Assembly: GCA_963743885.1 (NCBI GenBank)
Contig: CAVURJ010000001.1
Span: forward strand, 438,321-502,320
Direction: 5' to 3'
DNA: 64,000 bases
Source of the DNA: Candidatus Moraniibacteriota bacterium
Lineage (GTDB): Bacteria > Patescibacteriota > Minisyncoccia > Moranbacterales > UBA1568
A program made the translations under genes and the position numbers. Under the pieces are notes generated by a model that was not told the origin of the DNA, made no database searches, and saw only the letters and a program-made list of their open reading frames with translations. This document shows, one piece after another, positions 38,131-46,182 of this stretch (position 1 is the first letter of the stretch; every line of letters begins with the position of its first letter).

Positions 38131-38532
38131 ATGATGTCTGGAGAATATACTGGCCGTATCAGATTCGTTGCTGCGCCGAAAGGACAGGCGCCGCTGTGGG
38201 TGCGGGAAGCCTGGATCGGAGTAACCGTTCCGTGTTCGCCGTTTACCGATACCCCTCCGAGCGGAAGTCTTCGCGGAGTGGAAAATGGTGCGGCAGTCGC
38301 CAGTTACGAGTGCGCGCTCGTCCCGCAGAAGGAAGCGATCGATGCGCTCGAGCAGCACAATGCGGAAGCGGCGAAGTGGTGGCGGCAGAATGGTTTCGGC
38401 TCGGAGTTCGCTCCGGTGTTCGCCTTCAATGCCGAGTCGTTCGAGGTCATCGACGGTGTCCAGAAGGCAGTAATGATTGTCCATGACGATATGGAGACCG
38501 GCCATTGGGAGCCGCATGATTCCGGGCGTTAG
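38131..38532 (+). CDS. hypothetical protein; upstream in-frame starts possible back to 37906
   Basis: GGGAGAG adjacent to the ATGATG at 38131; opposite-strand ORF 37858..38517 is an alternative, so coding is uncertain. Confidence 0.35.
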   Translation: MMSGEYTGRIRFVAAPKGQAPLWVREAWIGVTVPCSPFTDTPPSGSLRGVENGAAVASYECALVPQKEAIDALEQHNAEAAKWWRQNGFGSEFAPVFAFNAESFEVIDGVQKAVMIVHDDMETGHWEPHDSGR

Positions 38533-38566
38533 CCAGGACCATCCAAGGCATCCGAAGAAGTAACCA

Positions 38567-38602
38567 GAACCGCGTAGAGCAATGCTCGGCGGTTCTTTTT
38601 TT
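38567..38602 (+). terminator. rho-independent terminator (GAACCGC-N15-GCGGTTC plus T7)
   Basis: 7-bp perfect stem plus TTTTTTT. Confidence 0.6.
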
Positions 38603-38664
38603 AGGAAAAGAAAAAACCGCTGGGCGATACCATGCGGTCGGGTCGGTGGGGTGGAAACGGCGTG

Positions 38665-38940
38665 TCACGGGCGGATGATGACGACCTCGTAGTCGTAAGC
38701 GCATACCAGCCGGTCACCGTCGCGGCGGAGCACGCTTTTTCGGTCGAGCGAGATGATGCCGATTTGGCCATCCTTGGCGGACGGGTCGATCATGACCTGG
38801 TAGAGAGCGTCTCCGGAAACCGCTTCCTCGAAAGAGGTTTCAGCGAAGTGGAATACCTTGCCATCGCCCGCCTTGAGCGAACTCAGGGCGACGGGTTGCG
38901 GTTTGTTCTTCTTGTTTCGAACAGTTACTTTCTGAGGCAT
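38665..38940 (-). CDS. hypothetical protein (91 aa)
   Basis: AGGAGG 8 nt upstream of the ATG on the minus strand. Confidence 0.55.
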   Translation of the reverse strand: MPQKVTVRNKKNKPQPVALSSLKAGDGKVFHFAETSFEEAVSGDALYQVMIDPSAKDGQIGIISLDRKSVLRRDGDRLVCAYDYEVVIIRP

Positions 38941-39040
38941 TTGTACATCCTCCTGTAGTGGAATGAACTTGCGAATGAGCCGATTCGCTCATCGGGAGAG
39001 AATAGCTGTTTTAGGCCACTCTGTCAATGCTCGGGGATAC

Positions 39041-40234
39041 TTACTTCAGTGGAAGATTGGCGTTTGGGTCGAGAGTGAGGTGCGTTTTCATGAGCGCTTC
39101 GCGTTCGGTATCGTTCATGCGATCGTAGCGGTAGGCGGCGGCGACGCCGATCATAGCGGCGTTGTCGAGCGAGTAGATGAATTCGGGTGTGAGGAACTGC
39201 GTGTCGGGGAAATCCCGGGTGATCATCGTCTGCAACCGTTCGCGCAGGCGCATGTTGGCCGAGACACCGCCGGCGATGACGAAGGTCTGGGCGCCATAGA
39301 GTGCGAGCGCTTTCCTCGTCTTTGCAACGAGCACATCGACGACCGCTTCCTGGAACTCGTGGCAGACCATATCGATGAAAGCGTCATCTTTTTTCTCTTC
39401 CTCGTGCTTCTTCAGGAAATACAATACGGAAGTCTTGAGTCCGGAAAATGAGAAGTCATAATTTTCCGCATCGATCATCGGACGGGGGAAAGTGATGATA
39501 GGAGATAAGGGATGAGTGATAAGTGATGAAGAAGTGCGAAACGTGTCGGCTCGTCGTGCGACGATGGGACCGCCTGGGTAATCCAGTCCGAGCATCTTGG
39601 CGACTTTGTCGAAGGCTTCGCCGGCCGCATCGTCCTGCGTCTCGCCGAGGAGTTCGTACTGGAAATGGTCCTGCATGAGCATGAGCTGTGTGTGTCCACC
39701 GGAAACAACGAGTGCAAGAAGCGGAAACGCTTCTCTTGATTTATGATTTATGATTGATGATTTATGAATGGTTTCGGAATTTGGGATTTGATCATTGCCC
39801 GCCTGCCGGCGAGGCAGGGAATTTATTTGGCTATTTGGGTTTTGAGTTTTGGAATTTACGCTAACGAAGTTAGCGTAAATGTGTCCTTCGAGATGGTTGA
39901 TCCCAATCAAAGGCTTCTTCCAGGCGAGAGCGAGCGTCCGTGCGGCCGAGACGCCGATGATGAGCGCCGGCATGAGGCCTGGGCCTTCAGTGACAGCGAT
40001 CAGGTCGATATCGTCAGGTGTCATCTCCGCGCGCTCGAGCGTCTCCTCAATGACGGGGACGATGTTCTTGATATGTTCGCGCGAAGCGAGGTCAGGTACG
40101 ACGCCTCCCCATTTCGCATGGAGCGAGGCTTGGGAAGAGACGACGTTCGCGATCACGGACGCAGCACCATCCGTCCACTTGATTACAGCGGCCGCGGTTT
40201 CGTCACAAGATGTCTCGATAGAGAGGATGTTCAT
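39041..40234 (-). CDS. tsaD: tRNA N6-adenosine threonylcarbamoyltransferase TsaD (Kae1/YgjD family) carrying an in-frame insertion of about 35 aa
   Basis: MNILSIETSCDETAAAV...GINHLEGH...VVSGGHTQL...DDAAGEAFDK...GGVSAN; insertion between HLEGHIYANF and FPLLALVVSGGHT compared with E. coli TsaD (recalled from memory). Confidence 0.9.
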   Translation of the reverse strand: MNILSIETSCDETAAAVIKWTDGAASVIANVVSSQASLHAKWGGVVPDLASREHIKNIVPVIEETLERAEMTPDDIDLIAVTEGPGLMPALIIGVSAARTLALAWKKPLIGINHLEGHIYANFVSVNSKTQNPNSQINSLPRRQAGNDQIPNSETIHKSSIINHKSREAFPLLALVVSGGHTQLMLMQDHFQYELLGETQDDAAGEAFDKVAKMLGLDYPGGPIVARRADTFRTSSSLITHPLSPIITFPRPMIDAENYDFSFSGLKTSVLYFLKKHEEEKKDDAFIDMVCHEFQEAVVDVLVAKTRKALALYGAQTFVIAGGVSANMRLRERLQTMITRDFPDTQFLTPEFIYSLDNAAMIGVAAAYRYDRMNDTEREALMKTHLTLDPNANLPLK

Positions 40235-40314
40235 GCTAGTACTCTACCGACCAGAGCGGGAAATGGCAAGAAACACCCCGTGGAGAGGTGTTTCCTAGAG
40301 GGACCGCGGTGGCC

Positions 40315-40563
40315 TTAGCGGAGAAGCTTGACGATCCAGATGAGGACGACAGCGCCGACCAAGGCGACGATAAAGCTTCCGATGTTAAAGCCAGTGACGC
40401 TGCCACCGATGCCGAGGAGACTGAAAATCCAGCTGCCGAGTGCGGCGCCGATGATGCCGACGACGATGTTGAGGAAGATGCCTTGTTGGCCATCAGTCCC
40501 CATGATCATCGAGGCGACCCAGCCGACGATGCCTCCAAAAACGATGTAGATGAGAAGACTCAT
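40315..40563 (-). CDS. GlsB/YeaQ/YmgE-family stress-response membrane protein
   Basis: 82 aa; Gly-rich two-TM pattern IVGWVASMIMG...GIIGAALGSWIF typical of the family. Confidence 0.75.
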   Translation of the reverse strand: MSLLIYIVFGGIVGWVASMIMGTDGQQGIFLNIVVGIIGAALGSWIFSLLGIGGSVTGFNIGSFIVALVGAVVLIWIVKLLR

Positions 40564-40581
40564 AAGAGTGTGTGTTACGAA

Positions 40582-41013
40582 TTACTGATCTTGACGATCA
40601 AGTTTTGCTGCAGCCTCCGGAGTGGAGACTGTTTTCCCCATCATGAGCAGCTTGATGATGCCCCAGGCGACGACGTAGTAGACGAACAGAGCGAGGATCG
40701 TGGTCCATTCGAAGACGCTGCCTTGTGCCCGAGACGTCTGGAACACGGCGACGAACGGCGCGACTAGCGGCGCAGTCACCATGTAGATGAAATCGGTAAA
40801 ACCGGCACCAGTGTTGGCGCCGAGAAGTTTCAAGACGAGACGGAAAGCGAGCAAGACTTCGACGAGACCGAGGATATACCAGACGATCTGCGTGCCACGA
40901 TAGAGAGGCTGTGTGCTACCGGATGATTGAGCATCCATAGAGTTAAAATTAATAATTACAGGCGTTGTTCCGAAGAACGAGGTAGAACCATACGCGTATG
41001 TAATTATTACCAA
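40582..41013 (-). CDS. YggT-family membrane protein (start uncertain: TTG at 41013 or ATG at 40938)
   Basis: YggT-like segment GFTDFIYMVTAPLVAPF and two TM helices. Confidence 0.55.
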   Translation of the reverse strand: MVIITYAYGSTSFFGTTPVIINFNSMDAQSSGSTQPLYRGTQIVWYILGLVEVLLAFRLVLKLLGANTGAGFTDFIYMVTAPLVAPFVAVFQTSRAQGSVFEWTTILALFVYYVVAWGIIKLLMMGKTVSTPEAAAKLDRQDQ

Positions 41014-41557
41014 ACGTAGCGAGCGAAATGAGAGTTTGCTTTCATTTCCGAGCGCAGTGCTGGTAAAATCGGGCCAATACCTCGCGGTTTACCGCTGAGG
41101 GATTGAGTCCAGGGCTGGCCCTGGGTTTAATGCCCGTTATCAATTTTCACTCTTCCTATCGTTGCTATCTTTACTTTCAGTATACTCTCTTTGGCTTGGA
41201 ATAGCGAATGAACTATATTCGCTGATTAGAGGGGAAAATGGTGAGAAAAAATAGAAAGGGGAGTCACCGGATGTTGTCCGATAACTCCCCACCGTACTGC
41301 ACAGACCACAATCGCACACAGCGCTTTTTCCACGGATATTTTTTGGAATCGGCAGTTTTCAATCGTAGGGGATCCTATTTCAAGGGCGGCTCCACACTGC
41401 CCGGAAGCAGGTTTCATAGCCTCGGACCTATCCAGTGCACCTGCGATCTAGTGTTTGACCAGCCACGGAGAGTCGAACTCCGCGTGTTGCCCACAACTGT
41501 TGTTTTGGTCTGCAGGGGAGATGTTAGGATAGAAGTCATTCCTTGTCAATCAGCTAC

Positions 41558-41585
41558 TTGCTTTTCGGCGGATTCCTGCTATAAT
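41558..41585 (+). promoter_or_regulatory. sigma-70-type promoter (TTGCTT-N16-TATAAT) about 100 nt upstream of tRNA-Glu
   Basis: Perfect -10 TATAAT and 4/6 -35 with 16-nt spacing. Confidence 0.5.
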
Positions 41586-41683
41586 GCCTCCGCAGATGAC
41601 TTCTGCTTTTTTCTTTGTTTCAGCTCCATATCTTCACTTGGTTTTTGTGATTTGGAGATTGTAACTTGCGCGTCGCGCGCCAT

Positions 41684-41755
41684 GGCCCCATCGTCTATCG
41701 GTTAGGACAGCGGCTTTTCAAGCCGTTAAGAGGGGTTCGACTCCCCTTGGGGCTA
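41684..41755 (+). tRNA. tRNA-Glu (anticodon TTC)
   Basis: Acceptor GGCCCCA/TGGGGCT (G1-U72 wobble); anticodon stem-loop GCGGC-TTTTCAA-GCCGT; T-arm AGGGGTTCGACTCCCCT. Confidence 0.8.
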
Positions 41756-41972
41756 CATGTACCAACAAAAAGCACTCTCGTTCAGAGGGTGTTTTTTTGT
41801 TGGTATTTCTATCCAAGGGGAGTCGAACGGGCAGGAGTGAGCCCTTTCGCGAAGGCGAAACTGGCGAGTGTCGACGGATGCGCGCGAGCAAGCATTCGGC
41901 GCTGCCCAGGGCAACGAAGTCGTCAGCAGACGACGAGGCGGAACTCCCCTTGGCCGAAGTCCAATCTTGATG

Positions 41973-42524
41973 TTATCTGATATCGGAAAGGCAGTTACTA
42001 AACTTTTCTGCATTAAAAGTATAGAATCCGATTGTTAAAATTTCTTTGTCGGTATCAATTGTATGAATATAAAGTCTGTCGTGCAGTAAGAGTGGATAAT
42101 CAGAATTGTTAAGTGTGATCATGAAAAGACTACCATGATATTTTTTTAGATAAGCGGAAATATAACAATCTACCCGACTGACTTGCTTGAGTTGTTTGTT
42201 TGAATATATATTTGATATTTCGATAGCACCTTCAAGGATGTTGCTATCGATTGGCATCGTAAATCCAGAAAGCGCATCAAGAAAATTTGTTTTCGTTTCT
42301 ATTTGAGATTTTGTCTGACATCCTCTCAAGAATTCAAACTTTATAAATTCATTGATTATTGGAACGCAATTGAAATCTTGAAGCAAAGAAAAGAGCCCAT
42401 CAAAATGTTGAGTATCAACGTATTGATGAGCTTTTGCTATAAAGCAAGTATCAAGCAGAACATGTTTGCGATCGATCGCTTCTCCTAATTGTTCCCTGGT
42501 CATCATAACAGGAATGATGTTCAT
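41973..42524 (-). CDS. PIN-domain protein (VapC-like toxin nuclease candidate)
   Basis: Four acidic positions in PIN order: VLLDTCFIA ... INEFIKFE ... RVDCYISAY ... ITLNNSDYP; sits in an AT-rich islet (about 41990-42700) next to tRNA-Glu. Confidence 0.6.
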   Translation of the reverse strand: MNIIPVMMTREQLGEAIDRKHVLLDTCFIAKAHQYVDTQHFDGLFSLLQDFNCVPIINEFIKFEFLRGCQTKSQIETKTNFLDALSGFTMPIDSNILEGAIEISNIYSNKQLKQVSRVDCYISAYLKKYHGSLFMITLNNSDYPLLLHDRLYIHTIDTDKEILTIGFYTFNAEKFSNCLSDIR

Positions 42525-42687
42525 TACGACCTATTGCTTCGGCATCAGCAACGTTAATGGCTCTTGCCAATGTTCGTAAGTGATCAAGATCCCATGTATA
42601 AGACGAGGCCTTACTTTTTGTCGGGGCCTGTTTTTTCTGTGGCTGATGAGAGTTTTCCATAAACCTTTCTTTCTTCAAGAATAGCAC
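42451..42687 (-). CDS. small upstream ORF, possible cognate antitoxin (overlaps the PIN gene start by about 70 nt in another frame)
   Basis: 78-aa ORF; no recognisable fold; the overlap geometry is unusual, so it may be spurious or the toxin start may be further downstream. Confidence 0.25.
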   Translation of the reverse strand: MLFLKKERFMENSHQPQKKQAPTKSKASSYTWDLDHLRTLARAINVADAEAIGRNEHHSCYDDQGTIRRSDRSQTCSA

Positions 42688-42821
42688 AAATTATTCCTCC
42701 ATTCCACTTTTCTCCGCTACCGTGCCGTACGTGAGCGCGCTCCGCCGGATGATGTAGCTTGACTTTCCCATTACCAGAGCGTAAGCTGGGATTTCCTTTT
42801 TCCTTACCAACGAGGTGCGAG

Positions 42822-43187
42822 ATGAAAGAAAGCGAAGGAGTGCCGGTCTTTTCGATTCCTCTAGCTCTTTGGCTAGGGTGTTGTCCGGATGGGAGCCATT
42901 ACCGTCCTGTCGAAAATGGGGACTTGCGGGTAGGGCAGAGGATCCTGAAGGTGGAGATACCGCTCAATACGAACGTTTCGGGATCGATGGGGAATCACCC
43001 GGATGTCCTGACCGTCGCCAAGGTGGCCGAGTATGACCAGGAAGTGGTCTGTAGGGGCACCGATGGCGAGGAGACTTTTCCGATCGCCCGGATGATTGCT
43101 GGGAACATCGTATTCTTCGAACATCCGCTTTGGGGGTCGAAGTGGCGGAGAGGTATCGTCGGGACCGCCTTCATCGTCGAGCGCTGA
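42822..43187 (+). CDS. hypothetical protein
   Basis: GAGGTG 5 nt upstream of the ATG; no similarity recognised. Confidence 0.35.
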   Translation: MKESEGVPVFSIPLALWLGCCPDGSHYRPVENGDLRVGQRILKVEIPLNTNVSGSMGNHPDVLTVAKVAEYDQEVVCRGTDGEETFPIARMIAGNIVFFEHPLWGSKWRRGIVGTAFIVER

Positions 43188-43203
43188 TCAACGCATCGTC
43201 CAG

Positions 43204-43356
43204 CAGGGTTTCGGAATCATCCGGACCCTGTTTTTTTGTCCAAAAGAAGCCATTTTTTGACTCTGGACAAAAGCATGAAAAAGTGCTATACTGCACGGTC
43301 AAGTGAGATTGTACTCGCTGACAAGTTCCCCGAAGCCAACCTACAGGAGGTTTGTC
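43204..43356 (+). promoter_or_regulatory. regulatory cassette copy 1: terminator hairpin, then IR operator TTGTCCA-N21-TGGACAA overlapping the -35, then promoter TGGACA-N17-TATACT (43264-43292), then leader hairpin and AGGAGG
   Basis: Near-identical cassettes at 45151-45301 and 45785-45911. Confidence 0.65.
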
Positions 43357-43641
43357 ATGAAAACGTTTCAGTCTCAGCCGTCTTTGGTCCGGATCATCTT
43401 TGGTGTCCTCTTCGCTATCATCGGTATCTGCGCCATCATGACGAGCATTAGTCTGGAAGCGACGGCTCTCCTCATCTGGGAGATCCTGGAACCGACGACT
43501 ATTTACAATGCTCGCCAGCTGGCAGAGGACAAGGCATTCGCGACAAGCTATGCCATCGCAGGCGGCTTTCTGTTTCTGATCAGCCTCTTTGCTGGTTACA
43601 TCGCTTACCGCCTGCTCAAGACCAACAAAAAGAGCGGGTAG
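43357..43641 (+). CDS. small two-TM membrane protein
   Basis: CAGGAGG, 7-nt spacer, ATG; 94 aa. Confidence 0.55.
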   Translation: MKTFQSQPSLVRIIFGVLFAIIGICAIMTSISLEATALLIWEILEPTTIYNARQLAEDKAFATSYAIAGGFLFLISLFAGYIAYRLLKTNKKSG

Positions 43642-43868
43642 CGCCAGAGCAGCCGCGTCTGTTCGTCGGGCCTCATCGTAACCACGGTGGGGCTTTTTTG
43701 TTTTTTATGGTGTATAATAAAAAGGTAATTTGTAGCCTTTATAGTATGGATACTAGTCAGCCTCAAGCGGATAAAATCAAAGCAGAGGTAGATGAAATCT
43801 TAGTGGAACTCGATCAAGAGTTGAAAGAGTTGGATGAAAAAGAAGGGAATAATTAACCATATATTGTT

Positions 43869-44441
43869 ATGGGATTCGAATCATTTCCACAACCAACGCC
43901 GAAAAGCGAGCAAGAGAAGAAACGTGGAGGGCTTTCCGATGAAGAGCGCGACAAGATTTTTATAGATGTTCGGGCAAGCGAAGAAAGAAGAGCGCGATCA
44001 GGCAAGCCTCTCTCATCTGAACGAGCAGATTTGTTCAGCCGTTTTTCGGAAAAGCTGAGAGGAAAAGCGGCTGCATACGCTGCGGCTTTCGCATTGGCTG
44101 GGGCGGGAGTGGCCTATGGTATTTCCCAGTACGAAAGTGGGGATACGGAAAAGGTTGATGGCGGACAAACAGCAGAGCAGGTAGTCAAGGATCTGCAGCA
44201 GCAAGACGCTCAATCGGGCTTGGAGAGTGAAGCTCCGGAACAGAAATGGCGCCGACATTTCGGAGCTATGAGCGATAGTCAACCAGAAGAGGTAAGACTA
44301 TATCACTTGGAACAAGCGAAAGCAGCCGCCAATGACATGGTTGCGATTGAAAAGGCCGATGGAGATAATGCTCTTTTGGCTATTAGGTCTTATGAGCGAA
44401 TGCATGATCTTGAGAGGAAGATGAAAGGCGTTACAGAGTAG
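43869..44441 (+). CDS. hypothetical protein (lower-GC islet)
   Basis: 190-aa ORF; charged, Ala-rich central hydrophobic segment. Confidence 0.5.
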   Translation: MGFESFPQPTPKSEQEKKRGGLSDEERDKIFIDVRASEERRARSGKPLSSERADLFSRFSEKLRGKAAAYAAAFALAGAGVAYGISQYESGDTEKVDGGQTAEQVVKDLQQQDAQSGLESEAPEQKWRRHFGAMSDSQPEEVRLYHLEQAKAAANDMVAIEKADGDNALLAIRSYERMHDLERKMKGVTE

Positions 44442-44458
44442 CATTTTTACTTTTTTCT

Positions 44459-45094
44459 ATGAGCTTTGAAACACCTTCAATATCGGTTCAGGACAATAAG
44501 GGGAAAGAAAAGAAAAAGCAATTGAGTGGCGCTGTGGCCGGGGCTCTGCTTTCTGTGGGAATGATGGCTGGTCAGGCTGTTGAAGCGCAGGCAGCTCCAG
44601 ATCAGGAAAGACATGAGCAAATGGAGCAGGTTGCCTCTGGCGTGCTCTCACACAGTAATGAAGCATTTATTGTGGCTTTGAAAAAGGGAAGTTCTCTGCT
44701 TCAAACGGAGTTCCAAAAGGGAATGCAGGATAGAGGAAGCTATTCTTGCGATGATGTCACCATCCAGGTAGGAGGCGAGGCGTTCACTTGCCAAAGCATG
44801 AAGCTATCGAGCAGTTGCGGTGTCCCTTATGGCGAAGTCAAGATAGAAAAAGGGGAGAGGATGATTATTCTCTCTTTCTATAAGCCCGGGCCATGCAAAA
44901 ACGGAGCGATACCGGAGGATATCGAAGGGAAAAAGGCGTTTCATTACTACATGGATTCGAAGTATGAAGAAGTCCGTGGGCCAATCGCTTGGAGTTGGGA
45001 TGTGAATGGCGTTAAGAAGCTTGCTGGAGCGGAAGGAGTTTTTCCTCTCGACGGTGTCCAATTGAAGGGGGTACTGGAGAAATATGGAAAATAA
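44459..45094 (+). CDS. hypothetical secreted/membrane-anchored protein
   Basis: 211 aa; N-terminal hydrophobic LSGAVAGALLSVGMMAGQAVEAQA. Confidence 0.5.
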   Translation: MSFETPSISVQDNKGKEKKKQLSGAVAGALLSVGMMAGQAVEAQAAPDQERHEQMEQVASGVLSHSNEAFIVALKKGSSLLQTEFQKGMQDRGSYSCDDVTIQVGGEAFTCQSMKLSSSCGVPYGEVKIEKGERMIILSFYKPGPCKNGAIPEDIEGKKAFHYYMDSKYEEVRGPIAWSWDVNGVKKLAGAEGVFPLDGVQLKGVLEKYGK

Positions 45095-45150
45095 CCGGCG
45101 TGAACTTTAAAGTAAGTCTCTGGTCTGATCCATATTTGATTGCGCTGGAG

Positions 45151-45301
45151 CAGGGTTTCGGAATCATCCGGACCCTGTTTTTTTATCTTGAAGAAGCCAT
45201 CTTTCGACCCTGGACAAAACAGGAAAAGTATGCTATACTGTACGGTCAGGTGAGATTGTACTCGCTGACAAGTTTTGAAGTCAACCTACAGGAGGTTCAC
45301 C
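45151..45301 (+). promoter_or_regulatory. regulatory cassette copy 2 (terminator hairpin, IR operator, promoter TGGACA-N17-TATACT at 45211-45239, leader hairpin, AGGAGG)
   Basis: About 90% identical to copy 1 over about 150 nt. Confidence 0.65.
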
Positions 45302-45688
45302 ATGAAGTCCTTTTTCATCGCAGTTGCCATGTTGTTTGCCGCCTCCGTCGTGAATGCCGAACCTGCAAAGCCGGCCTATTGTTCCGGTAGCGCGTCGATC
45401 CTCAAGTCGGTGATCGACAAGGCTGGCGATTACAACATCGATGACGGCACGCATCAGCGCGAATACATCGCTCTTTGCGAGAAGGCGACGGCCAAGTTGC
45501 CGGTTGCCCAGCAGAAGGCTGTGTACGATGCAGTCACCAGCAAGAAGGTGCGGTTCCAGAATCCGTTCAAGGACGAGATCATGAAGTATCTCGACGTGTT
45601 TACCACGCTGCACAACGCTTGCCTTCCGTGTGGCGGCGGTTATCCGTGCTATGCGCCGGTGACCATCATCGAGAAGGTGAAACCCTGA
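45302..45688 (+). CDS. small secreted Cys-containing protein (128 aa)
   Basis: Signal peptide MKSFFIAVAMLFAASVVNA; followed by a conserved 3' module and terminator at 45692-45747. Confidence 0.55.
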   Translation: MKSFFIAVAMLFAASVVNAEPAKPAYCSGSASILKSVIDKAGDYNIDDGTHQREYIALCEKATAKLPVAQQKAVYDAVTSKKVRFQNPFKDEIMKYLDVFTTLHNACLPCGGGYPCYAPVTIIEKVKP

Positions 45689-45784
45689 TTTCGCCAAGGC
45701 CGCTCCAACATGAGCTATTACGACCTGCCTAACAAGAGGTCGTTTTTCTTTTTTTCAAAACTATACCTCTAGCACGTTATCGAG

Positions 45785-45911
45785 CAGGGCTTCGGAAGTT
45801 TCCGGACCCTGTTTTTTTGTCCAAAAGACGCCATCTTTCGACCCTGGACAAAACGTCAGAAATATGCTATCATATAGGGTCCAATTCGGACGTTCTCAAC
45901 AGGAGAATCTC
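45785..45911 (+). promoter_or_regulatory. regulatory cassette copy 3 (terminator hairpin, IR operator, promoter TGGACA-N17-TATCAT at 45845-45873, AGGAGA)
   Basis: Same architecture; the leader differs from copies 1 and 2. Confidence 0.6.
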
Positions 45912-46112
45912 GTGGTAACACGTGTCAGGAAGGTTTCTGGTTCTTCGCGGCAACTCGCGGAATCGCCCTCCGAAGGTACCTACCGAGGTTTCGGAACGGT
46001 TCCCGGCGAGACCATCGATCAATTCCATGATCGGATGTTCGACATCAATCCGCTCGAGGCGATGATGTACGAACTCGAAGTGGGACTTGAACAATCCCTG
46101 CGCACCAACTAA
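45912..46112 (+). CDS. small hypothetical protein (66 aa, GTG start)
   Basis: AGGAGA, 5-nt spacer, GTG; followed by the same conserved 3' module/terminator (46115-46170) as gene 45302..45688. Confidence 0.45.
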   Translation: MVTRVRKVSGSSRQLAESPSEGTYRGFGTVPGETIDQFHDRMFDINPLEAMMYELEVGLEQSLRTN

Positions 46113-46182
46113 ACGCCAAGGCTGCTCCAACAGGAGCTACAACGACCCGCCTAACAAGAGGTCGTTTTTCTTTTGCGAATTT

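Noticed and set aside
41340-41480. Possible tmRNA (GGGGATCC... 5' end plus T-arm-like CGGAGAGTCGAACTCCG)
   Set aside because: Lacks the conserved 5' GGGG..UUCGAC pairing partner and the canonical 3' ...CCACCA acceptor; could not be folded as a standard or permuted tmRNA by eye; left as an open finding instead.
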